Positions 50,393-64,000 of a DNA stretch of 64,000 nt are shown one piece after another; position 1 is the first letter of the stretch; the number at the start of each line of letters is the position of its first letter. A program made the translations under genes and the position numbers. Below the pieces are notes generated by a model. That model searched no databases and was not told the DNA's origin. It was given only the letters and a program-made list of their open reading frames with translations. The stretch lies in assembly GCA_964016885.1 (NCBI GenBank), contig OZ024741.1, positions 148,614,001-148,678,000 on the forward strand. The letters are read 5' to 3'. Source of the stretch: Eledone cirrhosa. Lineage: Eukaryota.

Positions 50393-50489
50393 CTATATAT
50401 ATATATATGTATATATATCTATATATATATGTATATATATGTATATGTATATATATATATGTATATATATATATGTATATATATGTATA

Positions 50490-50544
<55 letters not shown>

Positions 50545-50927
50545 GTATATGTATATATATGTATATGTATATATATGTATATATATGTATATATATATAT
50601 ATATGTATATATATGTATATATATATATATGTATATATGTATATATATGTATGTATATATATATATGTGTGTATATGTGTATATATGTATATATATATAT
50701 CTATATATATATATATATGTGTATATGTGTATATATGTATATATATATATATGTATATATATGTATATATATATGTGTATATATGTATGTATATATATAT
50801 ATATGTATATATATGTATATTATATATGTGTGTGTATATATATATTGTATATATATATATGTATGTATATATATATATGTATATATATATATATGTATAT
50901 ATATATATGTATATATATATATGTATG

Positions 50928-50960
<33 letters not shown>

Positions 50961-51016
50961 GTATATATATATATGTATATATATATGTATATATAGATAT
51001 ATATATGTATATATAT

Positions 51017-51050
<34 letters not shown>

Positions 51051-51051
51051 G

Positions 51052-51082
<31 letters not shown>

Positions 51083-51089
51083 GTATATG

Positions 51090-51120
<31 letters not shown>

Positions 51121-51233
51121 ATGTATATGTATATGTATATATATATATGTTTATATATGTATATATGTATATGTATATGTATATATATGTATATATGTAT
51201 ATGTATGTATATATGTAGATATATATGTATATG

Positions 51234-51314
<81 letters not shown>

Positions 51315-51316
51315 AC

Positions 51317-51360
<44 letters not shown>

Positions 51361-51393
51361 ATATATATATATGTATATATATATATGTATATG

Positions 51394-51424
<31 letters not shown>

Positions 51425-52024
51425 GTATATATATATATTATATATGTATATAGTTTTTATATATGTATATATATATATGTATATATATATATGTATTTAT
51501 ATATATGTATTTATATATATGTATTTCATATATATGTATTTATATATATGTATATATATATATGTATATATATATATGTATTTATATATATGTATATATA
51601 TATATGTATATGTATATATGTATATGTATATATATATATGATTATATATATGTATATATATATATGTATATGTATATATATATATGTATTATATATATAT
51701 GTATATATATATATGTATATATATATATGTATATATATATATGTATATATATATATGTATATATATATATGTATATATATATGTATATATATATATGTAT
51801 ATATATATATGTATATATATATGTATGTGTATGTATATATATATATATATGTATATAATATGTATATGTATATATATAAGGATTAGAATACTGGAGCGTG
51901 TTTGAGTCAAACACCCTCTTCGTATTATAGAAATGACAGTAAAAGGTATAGCTCAATGCAGTTAAACAGAGCCAAAAAATTAAGAGAGTAAAACAAAGAA
52001 TCCTTTAATACATCAAAAGTTTTT

Positions 52025-52069
52025 ATTAGCCGACAATGTTTCGTCCTATTAAGGACTCATCAGGGCAAT
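52025..52069 (-). ncRNA. Canonical-core minimal type I hammerhead ribozyme
   Basis: AUUGCC-CUGAUGA-GUCCU uaau AGGAC-GAAA-CAUUG-UC^GGCUAAU. All core nucleotides, the G10.1-C11.1 pair and a GUC site are present. Confidence 0.85.
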
Positions 52070-52768
52070 CAAAACAACAAGAGGTAATATCGGCAGATAC
52101 AAGCCAGAAACTCTGAAGAATATGGAGTGTACATACACTAATGTCTTACAAAAATATATGATAATAAAAATGAAAATAAAAATAAAATAATAAAAATATA
52201 TAATAAGAATAACTAAGGATGTAGATAACATTAAGAACCATATTACAAATATAGTCCAAAGCAACCAACCTAAATCTAAACAAATTTGGTTATATAGAGC
52301 AGGAATTATATATAACACAATATAATACATTATAATAATAATATACTTTTACCAACATTAAAATTCCAAATTAAAAATCAAAAGGTACAATATATACATG
52401 TATATATGTGCGCGCACACACACACACACATACAACAACACACACATCTATGTTCGACCACACAAAAATTAAGCCCTATTAGAAGTTTGAATATTAAAAT
52501 GTATATATATATATGTATGTATATATATGTATATGTATATATATATGTATGTATATATATATATGTATATATATATTATATTTATATATATATGTATATG
52601 TATATATATATATATGTATATATATATGTATATGTATGTATATATATATGTATGTATATGTATGTATATGTATATGTATGTATATGTATATGTAGATATA
52701 TGTATATATATGTATATATATATATATATGTATATGTATATATATGTATATATATATATATGTATATG

Positions 52769-52799
<31 letters not shown>

Positions 52800-52896
52800 G
52801 TATATGTATATATATTATATATATATGTATATATATATATATATATGTATATATATGTATATATATATATATGTATATATAATGTATATATATATG

Positions 52897-52935
<39 letters not shown>

Positions 52936-53016
52936 GTATATATATGTATATATAATATATTATATATATATATGTGTATATATATGTATATATATATATA
53001 TATATATATGTGTATA

Positions 53017-53050
<34 letters not shown>

Positions 53051-53475
53051 TATATATATGTATATATATGTATATGTATATATATGTATATATATATATA
53101 TATATATATGTGTATATATATGTATATATATATATATATGTATATATATGTAATATATATATATATATATATGTGTATATATATGTATATATATATATAT
53201 ATGTATATATATGTATATATATATATATATATGTGTGTATATATATGTATATGTATATATATGTATATATATATATATATATGTGTATATATATGTATAT
53301 ATATGTATATATATATATATATATGTGTGTATATATATGTATATATATATGTATATATATGTATATATATATGTATATATATGTATATATATATGTATAT
53401 ATATGTATATATATATATATGTATATATGTATACTATATTATGTATATATGTATATATATATGTATATATGTATA

Positions 53476-53534
<59 letters not shown>

Positions 53535-53566
53535 GTATATATATATTGTATATATATATATATATA

Positions 53567-53715
53567 ATTATTTCTGAAGACGGCGTATATATGTGTTAGG
53601 TATGTATATTTAATCTTGATAATTTGTATAATTTTGTATAATTTTGTACATAGATCTGTTGAATATGCATACCAATTATAACACATATATACCCTAGAAA
53701 CGATCGTTAAATAAT
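53567..53715 (+). ncRNA. Type I hammerhead with very long helix II
   Basis: ATTATTT-CTGAAGA-[~115-nt hairpin]-GAAA-CGATCG-TT-AAATAAT: 7-bp helix I, 14-bp plus 15-bp helix II segments, palindromic helix III. Confidence 0.7.
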
Positions 53716-54235
53716 GAACTTTTTTTGTTTAATATAAGGAATTGTTTATTCATTATTTGTTTAATATTTTATATATATATGTATATATATATATATATGT
53801 ATATATATATGTATATGTATATATATATATGTATGTATATATATATGTATATATATATATATGTATATATATATATGTATATATATGTATGTATATATAT
53901 ATGTATTATATATATATATGTATATATATATATGTATATATATATATATGTATGTATATATATATGTATATATGTATGTATGTATGTATATATGTATATA
54001 TATATATATGTATATATATATATGTATATATATATATGTATATATATATATATGTATGTATATATATATGTATATATGTATGTATGTATGTATATATGTA
54101 TATATATATATATGTATATATATATATGTATATATATATATGTATATATATGTATATGTATATATATATATGTATATATATATATATGTATATATATATA
54201 TGTATGTATATATATATATGTATTATATATATATG

Positions 54236-54267
<32 letters not shown>

Positions 54268-54454
54268 GTATATATATATATGTATATATATATATGTATA
54301 TATATATATGTATATATATATATGTATGTATATATATATATGTATATATATATATGTATATATATATATGTATATATATATATGTATATATATATATGTA
54401 TATATATATATGTATATATATATATGTATATATATATATGTATATATATGTATG

Positions 54455-54486
<32 letters not shown>

Positions 54487-54529
54487 TATACCTCTTTCCG
54501 AACTATATAAGGAACACTTGTGATTATTT

Positions 54530-54572
54530 ATGCCCTTGAGAAGCCCAACTGGGCGAAACGTACGTAGGTGAT
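54530..54572 (+). ncRNA. Hammerhead core variant (U3-A8)
   Basis: TTGAGAA-GCCC aact GGGC-GAAA-CGTACG-TA-GG: palindromic helix III, GUA site, weak helix I. Confidence 0.6.
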
Positions 54573-54637
54573 ATTTTAAATAAACATGTTTTAACGGTCT
54601 AATCTCCGATTTTTACTTTCCCTCGTATGTATATACA

Positions 54638-54769
<132 letters not shown>

Positions 54770-54900
54770 CATATATATATAACATATATATATATATATA
54801 TATGTATATAATATATATATATATGTATATATACGTTATTCCGGGTTGAATCGGAGGTAACCACAGTAAGTAAGGTACTCAATACATTGCAGAGTATAAA

Positions 54901-55374
54901 AGTTTTAATATAGATGAGATTCTACAGGACTAGAACTGTTTCATTTTTAGAAATCATCAGGAATCTGCGTATCAAAAAATAAATATGGTATTTATAGGTC
55001 TCTACAAGTGGTAGGAGAGGGTGGGGAGTGGGATGGGTGTAGGTCATTGGTTGATAGAAAAGGGAATTCATTAAAAGCTAATTCTACAAAGCTATAGTTT
55101 ATAATTCTACAAAGCTATAGTTTATTTTATTAATTTTGTTTTTAGAGTAACAAAGGCAGACAGAATTCTATAAACAGGTTCCGGATGGCATACCATTCCT
55201 TGTCATTAAGTTTCTTTTAAGCTAACAGATGTCTATAAGATCACTTGTAGAGACCTATAAGATCACTTGTAGAGACCTATAAATACCATATTTATTTTTT
55301 GATACCCAGATTCCTGATGATTTCTAAAGAATGAAACAGTTCTAGTCCTGTAGAATCTCATCTATATTAAAACT
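54901..55374. mobile_element. Island with ~110-bp inverted repeats (54901-55010 / 55264-55374), each arm carrying a hammerhead motif
   Basis: Arms are nearly identical in reverse complement. An inverted pLTR arrangement is typical of Penelope-like elements. Confidence 0.8.
55308..55358 (+). ncRNA. Type I hammerhead motif (mirror copy at 54917-54966, minus strand)
   Basis: AGATTC-CTGATGA-T TTC taaa GAA T-GAAA-CAG ttctagtc CTG-TA-GAATCT: 6-bp helix I, 4-bp helix III, U.U at 10.1/11.1. Confidence 0.65.
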
Positions 55375-55675
55375 AGATGTATATATATATATGTATATAT
55401 ATGTATATATATATATATATGTATATATATGTATATATGTATATATATATATATATGTATATATATGTATATATGTATATATATATGTATATATATATAT
55501 GTATATATATATGTATATATATATATGTATATATATATATGTATATATGTATATATATATATGTATATATATGTATATGTATATATGTATATATATATAT
55601 GTATATATATATATGTATATATATATATGTATATATATATATGTATATATATATGTATATATGTATGTATATATG

Positions 55676-55720
<45 letters not shown>

Positions 55721-55735
55721 GTATATGTATGTATG

Positions 55736-55768
<33 letters not shown>

Positions 55769-55829
55769 GTATATGTTTGTATATATGTATGTATATATAT
55801 GTATATATATGTATGTATATATATATATG

Positions 55830-55878
<49 letters not shown>

Positions 55879-55909
55879 GTGTATATATATATGTATATAT
55901 ATATATATG

Positions 55910-55941
<32 letters not shown>

Positions 55942-56008
55942 TGTATATTATATATATATATGTATATATATATATGTGTATATATATATATGTATATATA
56001 TATATATG

Positions 56009-56057
<49 letters not shown>

Positions 56058-56096
56058 ATATATATATGTATATATATATATGTATATATATATATG

Positions 56097-56145
<49 letters not shown>

Positions 56146-56162
56146 GTGTATATATATATATG

Positions 56163-56259
<97 letters not shown>

Positions 56260-56308
56260 GTGTATATATATATATGTGTATATATATATATGTATATATA
56301 TATATATG

Positions 56309-56361
<53 letters not shown>

Positions 56362-56558
56362 GTATATATATATATGTATATATATATATGTATATATATA
56401 TATGTATATATATATATGTATATATATATATATGTATGTATGTATATGTATGTATATATATATGTATGTATGTATATATGTATGTATGTATATATGTATG
56501 TATATATATATATATATGTATGTATGTATGTATATATATATATATGTATGTATGTATG

Positions 56559-56595
<37 letters not shown>

Positions 56596-56676
56596 ATATA
56601 TGTATATATTTATATATGTATATATGTATATATATATATATATATGTATTTATATATGTATATATATATATATATG

Positions 56677-56753
<77 letters not shown>

Positions 56754-56820
56754 ATATATATATAAATATATATATATATGTATGTATATATATATATATA
56801 TATATGTATGTATATATATG

Positions 56821-56851
<31 letters not shown>

Positions 56852-57103
56852 AATATATGTGTATGTATATATATGTATATATATATATATGTATGTATAT
56901 ATATGTATATATATGTGTATGTATATATATATATGTATATATGTGTATGTATATATATATGTATATATGTATATATATATGTCTATATGTATGTATATAT
57001 ATGTATATATGTATGTATATATATGTATATATATGTATATATGTATGTATATATATGTATATATGTATGTATATATATGTATATATGTATGTATATATAT
57101 GTG

Positions 57104-57134
<31 letters not shown>

Positions 57135-57210
57135 GTATGTATATATATGTATGTATGTATATGTGTATGTATATATATGTATGTATATATGTATATGTAT
57201 ATATATATGT

Positions 57211-58372
57211 AAAATTAACCTAGCTAAGACTAAAGTTCTAGTTTGTAAGAAAGAAAATAAGGCGGCGGTCCCCTCCGGGAAGTGGCCATGCGCAGAGTGT
57301 AGGAAAGGCGTAGGTAGAAATTCCATTTTGTGTCCCAAATGCAAAGTTTGGGTGCATAAAAGATGTAGTGGGATCACAGGTAAGCTAACTAAGAACATAG
57401 ATTTTACATGTGGCCGGTGTTCTGGGGATATAAGTAGCAGCAAGTGCCCACAAAATACTAGCTCTTTCAACTGCGCAGAGGGTTCTATAGAAATAGTGGA
57501 CAGCTTCCGTTACCTGGGTGACAAAATCAGCAGTGGGGGAGGGTGCTCTGAAAGTACAGTAGCTAGAGTCAGAACTGGGTGGAAAAAGTTCAGAGAGCTT
57601 ATACCACTATTAGCCGCTAAAGGGTTCTCCCTAAAAATGAAAGGCAGGCTGTACGATGCCTGCATACGAACAGCAATGTTGCATGGCAGTGAGACTGGGC
57701 ATTGTGTGCAGAGGATATACGCAGACTAGAGAGAAACGAAGCTTGCATGCTCCGCTGGATGTGTAATAGTAATATACGTGAACGACAAAGCATAAACGAA
57801 CTAAGGAAAAAATTAGAAATAAGAGGGATCAGATGTTGTTTACTAGAGAGAAGGCTACGTTGGTATGGTCACGTGATGCGCATGAAGGATGATAGCTGTA
57901 TAACAAAGTGCAGGGCAATAAAGATAGACGGTAGCCACGGAATAGGCAGACCCAGAAAAACCTGGGATGAGCTGATAAACTCCGACCTCACACACCTACA
58001 CCTCACCAAGACAATGTCACTGGACGAGACCTTTGGCGGTACTCAGTAATAGAGAAGACCCGCCTTGCCAGTAGGCATCTCTAACAAAATACACCCCGTC
58101 CCACCACCACCACCCCCACCCCATCCACACCACCCCGTTCTATGTAAAGTTATGTTGGTGCCGCGCCATCCAGGCCGAAACAAATGAGATCGTGTAGGTG
58201 TCACGACAAAAAAACACACAGTCCACGCTGTAATGTGGTTGGTGTTAGGAAGGGCATCCAACTGTAGAAAACCTGCCAGACAGTCCTATGCGAGCAAGAA
58301 AATCACTCTTGCCTCAAGCGGGACTACCCTCGTCCAAACCCATGCAAGCGTGAACACGGACGTTGATGATGA
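57211..58372 (+). mobile_element. 5'-truncated RTE LINE
   Basis: [50 protein letters not shown], then 3'UTR and (GAT)n tail. Confidence 0.95.
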
Positions 58373-58450
58373 TATATATATGTATATATATACGTATATG
58401 TATATATATATATGCATATATATGTATATGTATACATATATATGTATATG

Positions 58451-58482
<32 letters not shown>

Positions 58483-58496
58483 TATATATACATATG

Positions 58497-58527
<31 letters not shown>

Positions 58528-58533
58528 ACATAC

Positions 58534-58581
<48 letters not shown>

Positions 58582-58582
<1 letters not shown>

Positions 58583-59052
58583 GGAGGAGGTTTGAAGAAA
58601 CAACAACAGCCATCCGCAGAGCTATCAGACGAGAGGGACTAGATATCCAACTGGCCCACTCAGGTCCTTCTCTACGCGGACAGCTAACCAAAAGACATTC
58701 AACCAGACATAACAACAGCTGCAGGCTAGCCAACTGCCCCATCAACGACACAGACCTATGCCACCAGGCTTACGTCGTATACAGACTAGAGTGTGACAAA
58801 TGCAACAACTTCTACGTAGGTAGCACCACCAGACCACTCCACATAAGAATAAAAGAACACCTCAATACTAACGCTTCCTCATTTAAGAAACACCTAGTTA
58901 AATGCAAAAACACCGACAAAACCATAACAGTTAGGATAGAAACTAAGGAAAGAAACCTCGGCAATCTTAGAATTAAGGAAGCACTAATTATAGACAAAAC
59001 ACAACCACCAATTAATAATAGACTAGAACTGAACACCCAATTTCTAACTTGA
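58582..59052 (+). pseudogene. Penelope-like element C-terminal GIY-YIG endonuclease (156 open codons, 5'-truncated; not in the ORF track)
   Basis: Hand translation: ..[78 protein letters not shown]. This has the VVY/YVG, R, E and N motifs and the CCHH pattern of PLE GIY-YIG domains. Confidence 0.9.
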
Positions 59053-59575
59053 TAGAGCTTCTAGCCCCATATTTACCCCCCCCCCCCACACGCACACATG
59101 CACGCACGCACACACATACACACGCTTACACCACTTATTCTCTCTCACACATACACACACAAAACCAATTCTAACACGAGATAACATCTATCCCCACATT
59201 TACGTATAGACATATCTTCTCACACACTCACATACTTACACCTTCATGCATTCTCCCACACACTTAAACAGGCATGTACAAAAGAAAACAAAAAAAAAAC
59301 CCCTTTTAAAGGGAGACTACTCTTTTTCCACCTAATCTTAACTCTTTGACATTAGAGATAGAACAGATACTCTATACCATTTCCTGTCAGCATGACTTGG
59401 CAAGCTATTTAGAACACTGGATTAACAGCTTTACTTCCCTCTGAAGAAGAGATATCTCGAAAATTAAGGACATTTAAATAAGACTAATTGTCAACAATAT
59501 CTTTTGCATTTGCATTCTTTATTCTATGTCCTTACGTGCATTGTTTTGGCTTTATTATACATATACAAACGTTTA
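59053..59575 (+). mobile_element. Penelope 3'UTR/pLTR with an ultra-minimal hammerhead-like motif at 59438-59469
   Basis: CCT-CTGAAGA-A-GAGATATCTC-GAAA-AT-TA-AGG downstream of the GIY-YIG stop. Confidence 0.6.
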
Positions 59576-59603
59576 TATAAATATATGTATATATGTATAT
59601 ATG

Positions 59604-59657
<54 letters not shown>

Positions 59658-59662
59658 TTATG

Positions 59663-59696
<34 letters not shown>

Positions 59697-59790
59697 TGTA
59701 TGTATATATATATTATGTATATATATATTATGTATATATATATTATGTATATATGTATATATATATATATTATGTATATATGTATATATA

Positions 59791-59849
<59 letters not shown>

Positions 59850-59869
59850 ATATATATATATGTGTATAT

Positions 59870-59903
<34 letters not shown>

Positions 59904-59969
59904 GTATGTATATATGTATATATATATATATATGTGTATATATATATATATATAAATATATATGTATAT

Positions 59970-60003
<34 letters not shown>

Positions 60004-60038
60004 GTATGTATATAAGTATATATATATATATATATGTG

Positions 60039-60073
<35 letters not shown>

Positions 60074-60118
60074 GTATGTATATGTTTATATATGTATATA
60101 TATATTTTTTATATATGT

Positions 60119-60164
<46 letters not shown>

Positions 60165-60495
60165 GTATATATATACGTATATATGTATATATATATGTAT
60201 ATGTGTATATATATATGTATATATAGATGTATATATATATATATATGTATATATATATGTATATATATGTATATATGAATATATATATATATGTATATAT
60301 ATATGTATATATATGTATATATGAATATATATGTATATATATATATGTATGTATATATATATATATATATGTATGTATATATGTATATATATATATATGA
60401 ATATATATGTATATATATATATGTATGTATATATGTATATATATATGTATGTATATATGTATATATGTATGTATATATATATGTATGTATATATG

Positions 60496-60530
<35 letters not shown>

Positions 60531-60549
60531 ATATATATGTATGTATATA

Positions 60550-60607
<58 letters not shown>

Positions 60608-60626
60608 TATATACATACATATATAT

Positions 60627-60661
<35 letters not shown>

Positions 60662-60674
60662 CATATATACATAC

Positions 60675-60722
<48 letters not shown>

Positions 60723-60763
60723 GTATATATATATGTGTATATATATATATGTATATATATATG

Positions 60764-60816
<53 letters not shown>

Positions 60817-60913
60817 GTATGTATATATATATATGTATATATATATATATGTATGTATATATATATATGTATATATGTATATATGTATATATATATATAT
60901 GTATATATATATG

Positions 60914-60960
<47 letters not shown>

Positions 60961-60961
60961 G

Positions 60962-60992
<31 letters not shown>

Positions 60993-61031
60993 GTATATAT
61001 ATATATGTATATATATATATGTATGTATATA

Positions 61032-61073
<42 letters not shown>

Positions 61074-61106
61074 GTATATGTATATATATGTATATATATA
61101 TATATG

Positions 61107-61173
<67 letters not shown>

Positions 61174-61174
61174 G

Positions 61175-61252
<78 letters not shown>

Positions 61253-61272
61253 TGTATATATATACATATATG

Positions 61273-61322
<50 letters not shown>

Positions 61323-61616
61323 CATATATGTATATATATATATATGTATATATATATGTATATATATATGTATATATATATGTATATATATATATATATA
61401 GGTATGTATGTATATATATATGTATATATACATATATGTATATATATATATATATACATACATATATATATACATACATATATACATATATATATACATA
61501 CATATATACATACATATATATGTATATATATGTATATATATATATATATGTATATATATATGTATATATATATGTATATATGTATATATATATATGTATA
61601 TATGTATATATATATG

Positions 61617-61647
<31 letters not shown>

Positions 61648-61654
61648 GTATATG

Positions 61655-61709
<55 letters not shown>

Positions 61710-61992
61710 ATGTATATATATATGTATGTATATATATGTATATATATGTATGTATATATATGTATATATATATGTATATATATATGTATGTATATACATG
61801 TATATATGTATGTATGTATATATATGTATATATATGTATATATATATATGTATATATATGTATATATATATGTATATATATGTATATATATATATGTATA
61901 TATATGTATATGTATATATATGTATATATATATATATGTATATATATATATGTATATATATATATATGTATATATATGTATATATATATATG

Positions 61993-62029
<37 letters not shown>

Positions 62030-62030
62030 G

Positions 62031-62061
<31 letters not shown>

Positions 62062-62278
62062 GTGTATATATATGTATATATATGTATATGTATATATGTA
62101 TGTATATGTATATATATGTATATATATATGTGTATATATGTATCTATATATATGTGTATATATGTATCTATATATATGTGTATATATGTATCTATATATA
62201 TGTGTATATATGTATCTATATATATATGTGTATGTATATATATGTATATATATATATGTGTATGTATGTATATATATG

Positions 62279-62309
<31 letters not shown>

Positions 62310-62632
62310 GTGTATGTATATATATGTATATATATATATGTGTATGTATGTATATATATGTATATATATATATATGTATATATATATATGTATATATATA
62401 CATATATGTATATATGTATGTATATATATGTATATATATATATATGTATATATATATATGTATATATATACATATATGTATATATATATGTGTATATATG
62501 TGTATATATATGTATATATGTGTATATATATGTATATATGTATATATATATGTGTATATATATGTATATATGTATATATACATGTGTATATATATGTATG
62601 TATGTATATGTATATATATGTATATATATATG

Positions 62633-62722
<90 letters not shown>

Positions 62723-62730
62723 TATGTATA

Positions 62731-62762
<32 letters not shown>

Positions 62763-62799
62763 GTGTATGTATATGTATATAAATATATATATATGTATA
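59576..62799. repeat. 3.2-kb interrupted (TA)n/(TG) microsatellite
   Basis: Directly visible, with a local 24-bp unit at 62130-62225. Confidence 0.97.
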
Positions 62800-63037
62800 T
62801 CATCATCAACGTTTAACGTCTGTGTTCCACGCTTGCATGGGTTTGGACGGGGGTATTCCCACTTGAAGCAAGAGTGATTGTCTTGCTCGCATAGGACTGT
62901 CTGGCAGGTTTTCTACAGTTGGATGCCCTTCCTAACACCAACCACATTTACAGTGTGGGTCTGGGAGGTTTTTACTGTGTTCCCTACATGGCCACATTAC
63001 AGCGTGGACTGTGTTTTTTTTGTCGTGACACCTACAC
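62800..63037 (-). mobile_element. RTE LINE 3'UTR-only insertion
   Basis: Matches 39348-39593. Confidence 0.92.
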
Positions 63038-63054
63038 GTATATATATATGTATA

Positions 63055-63112
63055 TAAATGTAAGTATGTATGTATACATACATACATATATGTATACAGA
63101 CGTACTGTAGCA

Positions 63113-63152
<40 letters not shown>

Positions 63153-63636
63153 CATACATATACATATATACATACAGGTACACATACATATATGCACGCA
63201 TCAGTTTAGCGGACGCTTATTATAACGCCGCTTTGTTCGTTTGTAAACAAAACTGAACAGCCTGAATTTATGCCATACGGTGTTAAGGCAACCACGTCAC
63301 CTTTTTGTTCAACACTGACACAGGAACGATGTACTAGTTTCAAGCTTGTTAGCTATCATCAGCACCGTTTACCCATCTGCCAGATAGTTGAACGTTCGAA
63401 AGTATATACTTTCCATATGAAAATTAACGGCTGAGCAGCCTAATTTGCATATTGAGTGAGTTAAATCGGTCAGGCATACCGAAAACGAAATTTCATTTCT
63501 CACTCTTAGTATGGCACTTACTTAAATGTAAGTATGTATGTATACGTACATACATATATGTATACAGACGTACAGTAGCATGCATATATATATATATATA
63601 TATATATACATACATATACATATATACGTACAGGTA
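63055..63636 (-). mobile_element. Tandem (468-bp period) non-coding element with one hammerhead per unit; retrozyme/pLTR-like
   Basis: TAAATGTAAGTATGTATG.. recurs at 63055 and 63523. Other family pieces lie at 43510-43930 and 47640-47782. Confidence 0.75.
63325..63369 (-). ncRNA. Minimal type I hammerhead ribozyme
   Basis: AACGGUG-CUGAUGA-U AGCU aaca AGCU U-GAAA-CUAG-UA^CAUCGUU: 7-bp helix I, palindromic helix III ACUAGU, U.U at 10.1/11.1. Confidence 0.7.
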
Positions 63637-63657
63637 TATTATAAAATTAACTTACTT

Positions 63658-63955
63658 AGTATATATATGTATGTATATATATGTATATATATATATATAT
63701 GTATATATATATGTATATATATATGTATATATATGTATATATATGTATATATATATGTATATATATATGTATATATATATGTATATATATATGTATATAT
63801 ATGTATATATATATGTATATATATGTATATATATATGTATATATATGTATATATATATGTATATATATGTATATATATATGTATATATATGTATATATAT
63901 GTATATATATGTATATATATATGTATATATATATGTATATATATGTATATATATG

Positions 63956-63988
<33 letters not shown>

Positions 63989-64000
63989 GTATATATATAT
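63658..64000. repeat. (TA)n/(TG) microsatellite running off the window end
   Basis: Directly visible. Confidence 0.97.

Noticed and set aside
59050-59450. Possible selenocysteine/SECIS in the Penelope fragment (TGA-TAG end; ATGA at 59392)
   Set aside because: No in-frame TGA at Cys positions, and the ATGA..AA..GA spacing and helix do not fit a SECIS by eye.

Overview
Eukaryotic, AT-rich, repeat-dominated DNA. The SINE/LINE repertoire and giant (TA)n arrays suggest a coleoid cephalopod, probably Octopus (inference). The first ~3.6 kb looks like the 5' end of a + strand gene: a unique promoter/5'UTR-like region and a probable first coding exon at 3517-3569. The rest would then be one large intron. 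From ~4 to 19.5 kb there are old SINEs, MITEs, a mariner, a non-autonomous Helitron and decayed RTE LINEs. From 19.7 to 64 kb, kilobase-scale (TA)n/(TG) arrays are interrupted by young RTE LINE copies (one near full length, with a PHD finger inside the RT region), CR1-like and Proto2-like fragments, a Penelope GIY-YIG fragment missed by the ORF track, and many small non-coding islands. Three observations stand out. (1) About 10 hammerhead-ribozyme motifs from several unrelated families sit in these islands, some canonical and some core variants, often with palindromic helix III. (2) The RTE transcript has a ~23-bp complementarity between its 5' region and its 3' UTR, 3.1 kb apart. (3) The arrays show a window-wide G-on-plus-strand bias. 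The long Ile/Tyr ORFs are microsatellite artefacts. All calls were made by eye; no searches or folding programs were run.
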